A stretch of DNA of 63,847 nt, counting the filler, from Octopus bimaculoides (taxonomy: Eukaryota), in the NCBI RefSeq assembly GCF_001194135.2. It is 8 parts of 8 records of this genome, joined end to end, with 100 filler letters (N's around TTAATTAATTAA, not from the genome) between each part and the next. Parts side by side here need not be neighbours in the genome. Positions count along the whole stretch, not along the records: positions 12,287 to 15,423 come from NW_026311910.1; positions 15,524 to 33,402 come from NC_068984.1; 6 more parts are not named here. The stretch is one strand, 5' to 3'. Position 1 is the stretch's first letter. Every line of letters begins with the position of its first letter. The notes beneath the pieces are model-generated. The model did no database searches, was not told the DNA's origin, and saw nothing but the letters and a program-made list of their open reading frames with translations. Shown here piece after piece: positions 13,097-24,681 of this stretch. The translations under genes and the position numbers were made by a program.

Positions 13097-13753
13097 GTAA
13101 GTATTTGCTATTATAATTCTTAACTAAGCTTCTTAATTAAATAAATGATGCAAGCATGATGCATGACATTGTGGCAAAGTGATTCACTTCACAGCCATGT
13201 GGTTTTGAGTTCAATCCCACTGCACAGCACACGCAAGCTGTAAAGGAAATTTAATAGATGGAAGTTATATTTTGCGTGCATGTGTGTAAATGAGCACAGG
13301 TGTGCATATATTTATAGACACGCACACTGCTTTCTATTGAGAAACTTGTTCCCAACCATTTGGCTTCAGGTTCAGTCCTACTGCATGGCACTTAGTTTTC
13401 TACTGTAGTTCTGGGCTGACCAAAGGCTTATGAGTGAATTTGGTTGAAAGAAGCCTACCCCATACATATATATAAATATATAAATTAATTAATTTGGGAA
13501 AACGAGTTTCCAAATCAATCAGGTACAGCCCTTCATCATTACATGCATCTGCATATCGTACCTTGGGGTCTTATTTATCATACATTTATATATTTATCTA
13601 GAAATATACAAAGTATCTAATAAAAGTCAATGATAATTCAGTTTTGGGGATTAATAGACATGCAGGTATTCTATTTCAGATAATACTCATTAGGTTATTT
13701 TTTTGTATTATTTGAAATAGAATACCAGTATATCTATTAATCCTCAAAACTGA

Positions 13754-13833
<80 letters not shown>

Positions 13834-13899
13834 TGTATATGGACAACGGACATTAAATGATGATGATATATATATTTTTGTATATGTATGTATGCATCA

Positions 13900-14240
13900 T
13901 CATCATCATTGTTTAATGTCCGTTTTCCATGCTGACATGGGTTGGACGGTTTGACTGAGGTCTGGGAAACCAGTGGCCACACCAGGCTTCAATCTGATCT
14001 GCCAATGTTTCTACAGCTGGATGCCCTTCCTAAGGCTAATCACCCCAAGAGTGTAGTGGGTGCTTTTTACGTGCCACTGGCATGGGAGCCAGTTAGGTGG
14101 ACCTGGCATCAACCATGTTTGGATGGTGCTTTTTATGTGCCACCGGCACAGGAGCCAGTCAGAGGTCACTGGCATCAACCATGTTTGGATGGTGCATTTT
14201 ATGTGCCACTGGCACGGGAGACAGTCAAGGGGCACTGCCA
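13900..14240 (-). mobile_element. RTE-type 3' end element with internal 66-bp tandem units (other copies ~40400-40730, 43075-43370, 53095-53310)
   Basis: (CAT)n tail followed by TTTAATGTCCGTTTTCCATGCT..CATGGGTTG; units start at 14059, 14125 and 14191. Confidence 0.7.
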
Positions 14241-14330
14241 GCATATCAAAAATTTTGCAAACCAAATACAAAGATGGAACTAATATTCAAAGTGTTTATT
14301 GCTTTCATTTTATTTTCTTTCTTTAAACAG

Positions 14331-14418
14331 AGGTCACAGCAATTACAGTTCCTATTGTTCTACTGCTGATCATGGGAGGCTTGACTCTAGCTGGTTATTT
14401 CCTCATTAAAAAACGCAG
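14331..14418 (+). CDS. Transmembrane exon (KVTAITVPIVLLLIMGGLTLAGYFLIKKR) of an EGF-like single-pass membrane protein
   Basis: Long pyrimidine tract plus AAACAG acceptor, GTAAG donor; hydrophobic stretch followed by a KKR stop-transfer; splices in frame from 13096. Confidence 0.8.
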
Positions 14419-14639
14419 GTAAGAATATTTAACAAGACTCAACAAGAACTCAGAGTGTGTGGCATTTATTTATATTTTACTTTCACACAGTCATCTTTTC
14501 CTTCCCAAATCCACCCACCCATCTTCTCTTCCCACTGTTCTTGGGATGGTCTTAGAAGTAGACTCTTCAGACACCTCTTTTATAAGGTTAAGTTAAAGTT
14601 CCATTCTCGAGTCATGTCGACTCATAAGGGCCGGTGTCC

Positions 14640-14820
14640 TGGCTTCTATGACATATAAATATTCCCCACCTAGATGGGACACCAGTCTGTTGCAGGGCTA
14701 TTCATTTTTGCCTGCTGCATGGACCGGAGCGATGTGAAATGAAGTGTTTTGCTCAAGAAGACAACACATCACCCAATCCAGGAATCAAAACCACAATCTT
14801 GAGTCCAACATCCCAAACCA
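14640..14820 (-). mobile_element. tRNA-derived SINE family C (copies ~34505-34770 minus, 48930-49110 minus, 49450-49680 minus, 53380-53690 plus)
   Basis: Shared GAAATGAAGTG.TTTGCTCAAGAACACA...GGAATC.AA segment; tRNA box A/B-like head visible in the 34.7 and 53.4 kb copies. Confidence 0.7.
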
Positions 14821-14822
14821 CT

Positions 14823-15150
14823 CATCCACATGCCTCCACACCTCCTCCATAGGGTACTTATCATTGATGAAGTAGCTTGTTCTCTGCAGATTAGTCATGT
14901 TTCTGCCTATAAAATCATCCACAATGAACTCGGCTTCCATAAAGTCTGTGCAAGATGGGTGCCGATAGAGCTTACTGCAGAGCACAAGTGCAAATGTCTC
15001 GAGGTCTGCCAATGTCTACTCGATCGCGACAACAATGGAGGCGACAAAGTTTTGAGCAGAATAGTCACAGGAGATGAAATGTAGGTCTATTATTCTGAGG
15101 CAGATTCAAAAAGACAGAGTATGGAGTGGAAACATCCTGGCTCACCACTT
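14823..15150 (+). mobile_element. Mariner transposase fragment
   Basis: IIHNELGFHKVCARWVPIEL and SRIVTGDE (first catalytic D), then SKRQSMEWKHPGSP. Confidence 0.9.
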
Positions 15151-15737
15151 GCTCATGAGTGAACAGAAATCATACATAAATTGACTCTTTTTGGACACAA
15201 ATGGAACTGGTCAAAATGAGATAACACCATCTAGCACAGAAGGGATTTTTTTTCACAACCCTGGCTGACCAAGATTGTATCCTTGCCTCCATCAGTAAAG
15301 AAGCTATGTGTCTCTGGTGTGTCACTGATATTGCTTAGAGCATAAGATGCATGAAACCAATGGTGACTTTCTGACCAGCCATAAATAACGACTACATTAA
15401 ATATTATTGCTCAAAAGGCTTTTNNNNNNNNNNNNNNNNNNNNNNNNNNNNNNNNNNNNNNNNNNNNTTAATTAATTAANNNNNNNNNNNNNNNNNNNNN
15501 NNNNNNNNNNNNNNNNNNNNNNNGCATATACGCAGAGTCATATAATTTGGAATCATACGATGACATTTCAGCTCCGAGGTGCCGATGAGTTTCACGCATG
15601 CGTAGTGGAAGACGTAGGCTGGTTCCGGCAAACATGTTTGAACAATTGGTTGGTGATGACTAGAAAGAAAACCGCTAGTAAACGTATTGAGTACATTTTT
15701 ACTTACTGTTTGTAAACAAGAACGTCTGTGTATGTGT

Positions 15738-15794
<57 letters not shown>

Positions 15795-15964
15795 GGGGGT
15801 GGTAGGGAAAGACGGAGATACGCTCATAGAAACATATAGGCAGGCACACAGGAAGATACATGGGATTGATAGATACACAGAAAGATATCTAGATAAGATT
15901 ATCTAGTATAGGATGGGAGAGAGAGAGATAGACAAAGAGGAAATAGGGATAAGGNNNNNNNNNN

Positions 15965-16029
<65 letters not shown>

Positions 16030-16370
16030 AGGGGAGGTTGTAGAACAGTAGGGGTGTGAGATAGATAGTTTTGAAAATAGTGATAAGCTTTAGCAAAATG
16101 ATGACGATGATGATGATGATAGTGGCTTGCCGGAAGTGAATGATTAGAAGTTGTAGATAAAGAATCAGACTACACAAAGTTAAAACATTACTTCATTAGG
16201 ATTTTTACCTTAACACAGTTACACAGGTGTGTTAATAATGGAACATGAGATAGAAGTACGTAAGGATAGGTTTCGTTGTTTAATTTTACACCACCTCCTG
16301 TAAAAGGCTTTATGCTTTTGTCTGTACATATTATGATGAGCGTGTGTGTTTGTTTCTGTTTGTGTTATTT

Positions 16371-16401
<31 letters not shown>

Positions 16402-16510
16402 GTGAATGCACGCATACTCTCACATACAAACATAAATTGCGATTGGTCATATGTTGTTTTTGCTTCAAAATTGTAGATTTTATCTATCTATCTATCTATC
16501 TATCTATCTC

Positions 16511-16565
<55 letters not shown>

Positions 16566-16645
16566 GTCTATCTATCTATCGATCGATCTATCTACCATAT
16601 TCCTATCGATATCTACCATATTCCTATCTTGTCTATGTCTGTCTG

Positions 16646-16716
<71 letters not shown>

Positions 16717-17896
16717 CTGTATGCATGTCTGTCTGACTGTCTATCTCTCTATCATCTATCTATCTCTCTGTTTATTTCTATCTATATATATCTATCTGCC
16801 TGTTTCTCTCTATCGTTTATCTATCTACCTGTCGTCTTGATATCTCTGTGCCCACGTATTTCTCTATTGATGTATCAGATTGTTTAATCTTTCTATTCAT
16901 GCCAACTTGTGTCTACATCGTAAAATATATTGCTCATGAGTGACCTCTACCCTTTTGTTCTAAAAATAGTGACTGGTAGCAGAAACCAGGCTTCCAGTTC
17001 TGGACTCTGCCGTTTTTACTGTTATCACTGCTGCTGTTTAATACCTTAATTGTGCCCTGTACCACTAGTATTTTGTTTTTTTGCATCAGTGGCGTACAAC
17101 TGAGTGATACTCTTGTGGTTTTCAATAGTCATTTTTAGGGCTCTTATGTTCATATAGACTCTACACGGTTACATAATGTGGTGGATTACCTTTGCATCTG
17201 TCTCTTGTACGCACACTTGCATCAAATTGACAATAAATCGAAAGTCAGCGGTAAGCCTTTAACATTTACCGTGATTATAGTGCTCTAGAGATCGTAAATG
17301 TTGGAGCAAGCATTTGCCATACCAGCAATAAGTCTCTACGTTTTGTGTTAAAATCCAAACACGCTACGCTTTCTATGTTCGCGTTGAAAGAGTGCATGTC
17401 TTTAAACATATTGACCAGATTTTCCTGCAAATACCCATTCCATTCTATGCAGAAATTTCCTTTGTTTTTGTCAACTGCTCACTCATTATGGGATAAATTC
17501 ATTGGGTTAAGGAGATAGGTAGAGAGAGAGGAAGAGAGAGAGAGAAACAGACAGACAGAGAAATGAGATGCATGGGAGAGAGGGGCTGAGAGCAGCGACC
17601 TCTATCGATAATTTGAAAGATAGCCTCTTTGATGTATAGTCATATGGGTAACTATATATGTGTGTATACGTGTAGATCGATATCTTATCAAACAGACACA
17701 TAGATGAGGTCAAAACTGCACGTAAATTTTAGACGAAACAAAGTTACGTCATCGCACTGGATCCAATGTCGCACTCTTGTGCTGAGCATGAGATCAGCCG
17801 AAATTCAACTACACAGCATACAACTTTTTTGAAATCGTTACTTTTCTCTTCGTTCTCGTTTTGCTTCCCCTTCACATGTTGTTGTTGTTGTTGCCA

Positions 17897-18064
17897 TTCT
17901 TCTTCTTCTTCTTCTTCTTCTTCTTCTTCTTCTTCTTCTTCTTCTTCTTCTTCTTCTTCTTCTTCTTCTTCTTCTGCTTCTTCTTCTTCTTTTTCTTCTT
18001 CTTCTTCTTCTTCTTCTTCTTCTTCTTCTTCTTCTTCTTCTTCTTCTTCTTCTTCTTCTTCTTC
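17897..18064. repeat. (CTT)n microsatellite (also ~18960-19040, 40165-40258, 60855-60961)
   Basis: Direct reading. Confidence 0.95.
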
Positions 18065-18723
18065 NNNNNNNNNNNNNNNNNNNNNNNNNNNNNNNNNNNN
18101 NNNNNNNNNNNNNNNNNNNNNNNNNNNNNNNNNNNNNNNNNNNNNNNNNNNNNNNNNNNNNNNNNNNNNNNNNNNNNNNNNNNNNNNNNNNNNNNNNNNN
18201 NNNNNNNNNNNNNNNNNNNNNNNNNNNNNNNNNNNNNNNNNNNNNNNNNNNNNNNNNNNNNNNNNNNNNNNNNNNNNNNNNNNNNNNNNNNNNNNNNNNN
18301 NNNNNNNNNNNNNNNNNNNNNNNNNNNNNNNNNNNNNNNNNNNNNNNNNNNNNNNNNNNNNNNNNNNNNNNNNNNNNNNNNNNNNNNNNNNNNNNNNNNN
18401 NNNNNNNNNNNNNNNNNNNNNNNNNNNNNNNNNNNNNNNNNNNNNNNNNNNNNNNNNNNNNNNNNNNNNNNNNNNNNNNNNNNNNNNNNNNNNNNNNNNN
18501 NNNNNNNNNNNNNNNNNNNNNNNNNNNNNNNNNNNNNNNNNNNNNNNNNNNNNNNNNNNNNNNNNNNNNNNNNNNNNNNNNNNNNNNNNNNNNNNNNNNN
18601 NNNNNNNNNNNNNNNNNNNNNNNNNNNNNNNNNNNNNNNTATATATATATATACTATATATATATATATACTATATATATGTGTATTTATATATGTTTGT
18701 ATACATATATAAATGTAAAGGTT

Positions 18724-18802
<79 letters not shown>

Positions 18803-20134
18803 GATATGTAGATAGATAGATGATAGATAGATAGATAGATATGTATACTTACCGATATCATTTTTGCAAGATAAGTTTCAGGTATGACAACTTTGTCGTT
18901 ATTATGATAACATAATATACGACAATACCTATATTGCTACCTCCTCCTCCACCCCCGCTTCTTCTTCTTCTTCTTCTTCTTCTTCTTCTTCTTCTTCTTC
19001 TTCTTCTTCTTCTTCTTCTTCTTCTTCTTCTTCTTCTTCTTTATCATATATTGCCATCATCACCATCACCATAGTTACCTGATGCACTTTTAATTATACG
19101 TAATGTAGCAATGGGTGGGGGAATTTAGATCGACTTCCCCATCCACCTACCCCTATGCTACCCCACTTTTCATGCTGATATCCTCTCCTTTTATTATCAT
19201 GATAAATTCTGCCTTAGACCACTCCCCTTTTATCTTTCATGTCAAACGGACAGAGAAAATATTATCATCTGATAAATCGGTTTATCTTGATATACAGATA
19301 TGTGTTTGTGTGTGTATAGATGTGTGTGTGTGTTTGTGTGTTTCGGTTACTTGTGTTTGTATATGTTTAGGACAAATGTGTGTATGTCAATATATTGGAG
19401 AATATGTGCGTATATCAGTGTATAGAAAAATATGCGAATATTGCATGTGAATACACATATGGTGTATGTGTGTGTGTGTGTGTGTTTATGTATCAGAACG
19501 TAATCGGTAAAAACGGAAGATATAGAGAAGCATGAGATGTGTATACGTAGTACAGTAAGTGAATTTAGGTGAAACTTAAAGACAGCTTGATTATATGACA
19601 TAGTTAGAGGTAATGTTGGTGGTGACAGTGGGGGGAGATATTTGTGGTGTATGACTGAGAAACAAGGTGTATGAAATACATATACATGCATACATGCCAG
19701 GAGAGCCAGAGAGTAGAGGGCATGCCAGTGATGAGTTCGCGAATGGCGACGGAAAGAGTGTGATAGACCACTGATAGAATTGTTAACCGACTGATTAAGC
19801 CAGCAATCCCTTTGTTAGTTGGTTAAAAAAGTAACTAATTAATTAATAATGGAAAATTGATTTTGAACCAGTGTGTATGTTTATTGTTGGCGTAATGAAC
19901 CTCCCAAGATAAAAACAAAACTTGTTTCAATCCAAGAATTCACATCAAGGATCTTCCAAACAAAATAGAAATACGAAATATATATATATATATATATGCC
20001 GTAATCATGAGAGCGACAAACAAAATGCTTTGCACCATTTTGTTACCATTCTTTATGATCATGCCGAGTTACCTTTGTCTTTTGTTCTCCAGAACAGGTC
20101 GATAAATTAGATACCATTATTATCAATGTAATGA

Positions 20135-20345
20135 AGGTGGCGAGATGGCAGAACCGTTAGCACGCCGGGTAAAATACTTAGCGGCATTTTGTCCTTTTTG
20201 TTCTGAATTCAAATTCCATCGAGGTTCATTTTGCCTTTCATCCTTTCGGCCTCGCTAAAATAATCACCAGCTGATTACTGGGGTCAATGTAATCGACTTA
20301 TTCCTTCTCCAGGAATTGCTGGCCTAGTGCCAAAATTTGAAAGGA
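20135..20345 (+). mobile_element. tRNA-derived SINE family B (copies ~29980-30160, 37065-37280, 56145-56355, 61365-61500; minus ~38320-38740)
   Basis: GGCGAG.TGGCAGAA..GTTAGCACGCCGGG...TTCAAATTCC...GCCTTTCATCCTTTCGGGGTCGATAA...AGTACCAG is shared among copies. Confidence 0.8.
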
Positions 20346-20420
20346 TTAGCATCATTGCCAGTAGCTTTATATACCATATACATATATGTAGTTTTTGTAT
20401 TTTATATAAAACACGTTGAG

Positions 20421-21183
20421 TGGAGCCGCTTGGTACAGATTTACCTTGAACTCTTCTGTGCATGCGCACTAAGTTTTAACGTTCTCGCTCACATCCTAAG
20501 TTTACAGCTGTTCTTGGAAGGAAGATGTGTAGCATGTGATCATCGCATTGACCAGAAAGTTGTCATAGCGATACCTGCTCAGAGACCGACGCAATGTTGC
20601 AGAAAGTGTATGGATGGGGGTGTATGAGGCTCACACAAACGTACAAGGGATTCAGACATTTCCAAGATGACCGAAAAATTATCGATATTGACGAACGTTC
20701 TGGGAGACCCGGAACCAGCAGAACTGAGAAAAACATCGCAGATGTGTGTGCTGCTGTGAGGGAAATTGTCGAATCATCATCCGTGACTTATCAGAGGGTG
20801 CGCAGATTAGTTACGGTTCAGTTCAGTTCATCATCACTGAACATTTGGGTATTAGACGCGTGTCTGCCAAGTTTTTGCCAAAACTGCTTTCAGCTGACCA
20901 AGAAGACACTCGGGTTACAGTTGCACAAGATCTCCTTGATTGTGTAGAGAACGATGAAAATTTTTTGAACACTTTATGTAGACCTGTGATCAGGTATCAC
21001 CAAAATTTTGGAAAAATTTGATGCAGATTCTCTGCTCAACTCTCTGTCATAGTCAATGCGACGATCACATGCTGAACACCTTCCTTCCAAGTACTGCTGT
21101 AGGCAGCAGAAGTGAGCTAGGGCGTCAAAACTTAGTGTGCATGCACAGCAGAGATTAAGGTCAATCTGTGTCAAGCCGCTTCA
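20421..21183 (+). mobile_element. Internally deleted mariner with ~132-bp inverted arms
   Basis: 20421-20552 matches the reverse complement of 21052-21183 (roughly 75-80% by eye); internal DERSGRP, HLGIRRVSAKFLPKLL transposase N-terminus. Confidence 0.85.
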
Positions 21184-21477
21184 CTCTGCTTGCTTTAACT
21201 TCGTTATTATGGCAACAGTCCTGATACTTATTGATCAGACCACGCATATGTTTGTGACATGTTTCAATTGCTAAAAGGTAAATGCACTGCACTTACCGTG
21301 GAGAAAATATCCTCCTTTGAGTAAAAAGTATGACACCATATATACATTTAGGCATGAAAATGAAAAGTTATGCTTGTTACAGATATTTTATTATGTAAGC
21401 TTCTAAATTAATGAACATATTTTTTCTTGTCTGTATTCAAATTCATTCATACTTCTCTCCTAATTTTGTACTTACAG

Positions 21478-21518
21478 AAGTCCTACTGTCAAGACTTTCC
21501 ATGAGTTCCAGTTGCAGT
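21478..21518 (+). CDS. Candidate small exon (possibly the GATA start MSSSCS, or RSPTVKTFHEFQLQ if spliced from 14418)
   Basis: TTTTGTACTTACAG acceptor and GTATGT donor; two readings are possible. Confidence 0.4.
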
Positions 21519-22522
21519 GTATGTAGCACCGAAAGAAATTTTAAAAAAAACTTGGTTTTCCTGGCTCATAGATTTTCTATTTACCAAGGAATACCATTAT
21601 CATCATCACCATTATCATCATCAGAAGACATTGGAATACTTACACCTCATTTTTATTAATAAAACACAAAAAAGCATTAAAATTCAGGAAACAAAAAAAT
21701 TAAAACGTTTCCATAACAACTGCTGGTAGCTTGGAGAGCAATAACAATAACGATAATTATAACGGTTTCTATTTTATCTAAACAAAGACTCCTTTATTTT
21801 TCCTCTTGCTCCTTAGCTGTATATACATACATATATATATATATATATATANNNNNNNNNNNNNNNNNNNNNNNNNNNNNNNNNNNNNNNNNNNNNNNNN
21901 NNNNNNNNNNNNNNNNNNNNNNNNNNNNNNNNNNNNNNNNNNNNNNNNNNNNNNNNNNNNNNNNNNNNNNNNNNNNNNNNNNNNNNNNNNNNNNNNNNNN
22001 NNNNNNNNNNNNNNNNNNNNNNNNNNNNNNNNNNNNNNNNNNNNNNNNNNNNNNNNNNNNNNNNNNNNNNNNNNNNNNNNNNNNNNNNNNNNNNNNNNNN
22101 NNNNNNNNNNNNNNNNNNNNNNNNNNNNNNNNNNNNNNNNNNNNNNNNNNNNNNNNNNNNNNNNNNNNNNNNNNNNNNNNNNNNNNNNNNNNNNNNNNNN
22201 NNNNNNNNNNNNNNNNNNNNNNNNNNNNNNNNNNNNNNNNNNNNNNNNNNNNNNNNNNNNNNNNNNNNNNNNNNNNNNNNNNNNNNNNNNNNNNNNNNNN
22301 NNNNNNNNNNNNNNNNNNNNNNNNNNNNNNNNNNNNNNNNNNNNNNNNNNNNNNNNNNNNNNNNNNNNNNNNNNNNNNNNNNNNNNNNNNNNNNNNNNNN
22401 NNNNNNNNNNNNNNNNNNNNNNNNNNNNNNNNNNNNNNNNNNNNNNNNNNNNNNNNNNNNNNNNNNNNNNNNNNNNNNNNNNNNNNNNNNNNNNNNNNNN
22501 NNNNNNNNNNNNNNNNNNNNNN

Positions 22523-22845
22523 CATGCAATATGTAGGCAACGGCACGGGTCAAAACTCAGCTGGATCTCCCACTTCTGGAACAATGTGGTCGATGCCAAA
22601 TTCGGAAACACCTTATAGCACAACCAACTCCGCTTCACATCATCCCGTTTCTTCGAGATTTGCATTCACTCCTGCTCCTAGTTCACCTATAACCAGTCCA
22701 TCGGTGGTTCGATCGGACAGTAGTTTTAGTACGCCGTTGCACAGACCTAGCGGTCTTAGTTCTTACCCTTCTTATATGAGTCAGGATATCTCTCCATGGA
22801 ATGGCTACAACAACATTTCTCTACAGTCTGGAATGAGATGCTCCG
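22523..22845 (+). CDS. GATA4/5/6: GATA4/5/6-subfamily transcription factor, N-terminal activation-domain exon (5' part hidden in gap)
   Basis: GSP..W, PVSSRFAF and SSYPSYMSQDISPW align in order with GATA4 GSPGW, PVSPRFSF and SPYPAYMADVGASW; phase-1 GTAAG donor where the zinc-finger-1 exon normally follows. Confidence 0.8.
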
Positions 22846-23603
22846 GTAAGTTATATTGAAACATTTTATTGAAACAATATATCTGTCTACCTGTGAGAAA
22901 TTGTTTTTGAATATCTTCCTGTAACTTTTGTAGTTTATTATTATTTTTTTTTTTTTGTGTGTGTTCTTTTTAACCTCGTGAATAAGTTAGCAACTGATCT
23001 GAAATCAAAATATAACAACGTCAAAGGTTGAAATTTAAATACTGTAATAAGTCTTCAGAAAGTCTGGTGTATTATCCTAATTTGGTAACAAACTGAAGTC
23101 TAGAATATGTTTTAACTGCTACAAAGAAACCAAGTTTTCATGAGCTATTGTATACAAGTTCGGTATTGTAACCAAATACACAAATAATTGTAGCTATAAA
23201 CGAGATTATAAGCCTGTTTACAATTGCTTTTTACACAAATATTTTGAATTTTCCTAGCTAGTAGATTGTAAGAGAAATTTTTTACAGAATGTGGGCGTGA
23301 GTGTGTGTGTTTATATATAATTTGACAAAGTTATATCAAATACCAAATAACATAAATTTTTCATTTATTAAAATAATCGCCTCTGTGTTTTATCACAAGT
23401 ATCATAATTACCGAATGGGAAATAATTTGAGGGAAGACAGAAGGAGAAATAATCTCAACCATGAAGAATTTTCTAAAAATGACGTTGTTCAAATACTTGC
23501 TGCTGACGATTCTGATCTCACCAAAGGATCAACGGGGAAACACCTTATTTCAATGGTACAAGCCTAAAATGCCAACTTTTGATCTCCGTATGATTGCAAT
23601 TAA

Positions 23604-23672
23604 TTGTTCCCCTGATGATCGGTCGTGGTTAGGCATACAATTACACAGCGGTGAAACGTACGAAGGGAACAA
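23604..23672 (+). ncRNA. Degenerate type I hammerhead ribozyme, probably Penelope-derived
   Basis: TTGTTCCC-CTGATGA-(imperfect stem II)-GAAAC-GTAC-GAA-GGGAACAA: perfect 8-bp stem I, intact CUGAUGA and GAAA; position 16.1 is A instead of U. Confidence 0.65.
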
Positions 23673-24078
23673 ATAATATCAATGCATATTTATCACCATT
23701 TCTCCTAAAATTAATCTGTACATTACATCCAGTAGTACTACTAAGTACGGTAGTAACTAACATAAGCACTATACTCGAAACATACTCGGAGATAACTGTC
23801 TACCTGGAGCTCTAAACTCAACAGTATAGCAGATATACTATACATGCAAACATGTACAAATGACTATGCATTTTCGTTTACCTGTTGCTGTTTCTCATAT
23901 CATACCATATATACTATATCGTGCGTCTCTGTCCCAATTATTTCTATTACAGTCTGAAGCAAGAAATACTGTTGTTAGTGTATCAAAATCGCAGGACTTT
24001 AGTGAACAGCTGATGAGGGGTGATTTTTGCTCTAGTTTACGTTTCACATACTATATATTTAACATGTTCTATTTGCTT

Positions 24079-24153
<75 letters not shown>

Positions 24154-24638
24154 ATTACACACACACAGTGTGTACACGTATGTGAATGTGTAGATTACAT
24201 ATGTACAAACACACACAAGTACATAAACAGACGCACGCGTGCACATATATACAAATACGCACATACACACGTTTTCATATGCAATAATAACTAACTAAAT
24301 AAATTAAAATTATTTTGCTTACTGTATTATGTAGCCGCAATATGACTACAGAGAGGAAAGACAGATAGAGAGGGCAAAAAAAAAAAAGCGTAAACTAGAG
24401 AATGCAGTTTTGTCGCACAGAAGTTCCAATACTTGCAGTCATATTATATCGTTATTTAATACTGCCATCTAAACAATCTTGTTTTCATATAGCTCGTTGC
24501 ATTGTTTTTATATTGGCATATATAAGCCCAAACTATACATAATAGACGGCTAGAGACACGTTTGTGTGTATGTATGTATGGATGTATGTATGTATATATG
24601 TACGTATGTATGTATGTATTTATTTATTTATGTATGTG

Positions 24639-24681
<43 letters not shown>

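Noticed and set aside
14059-14240. CRISPR-like array or repeat protein (22-aa units)
   Set aside because: Contiguous 66-bp tandem units without unique spacers, within a eukaryotic retroelement
19720-19760. GTGATGAG...GGAAAG as a hammerhead
   Set aside because: C3 is absent and there is no stem I or III
23288-23296. 9-nt microexon (AG|AATGTGGGC|GTGAGT) after the GATA exon
   Set aside because: Could arise by chance; no compatible downstream exon or homology
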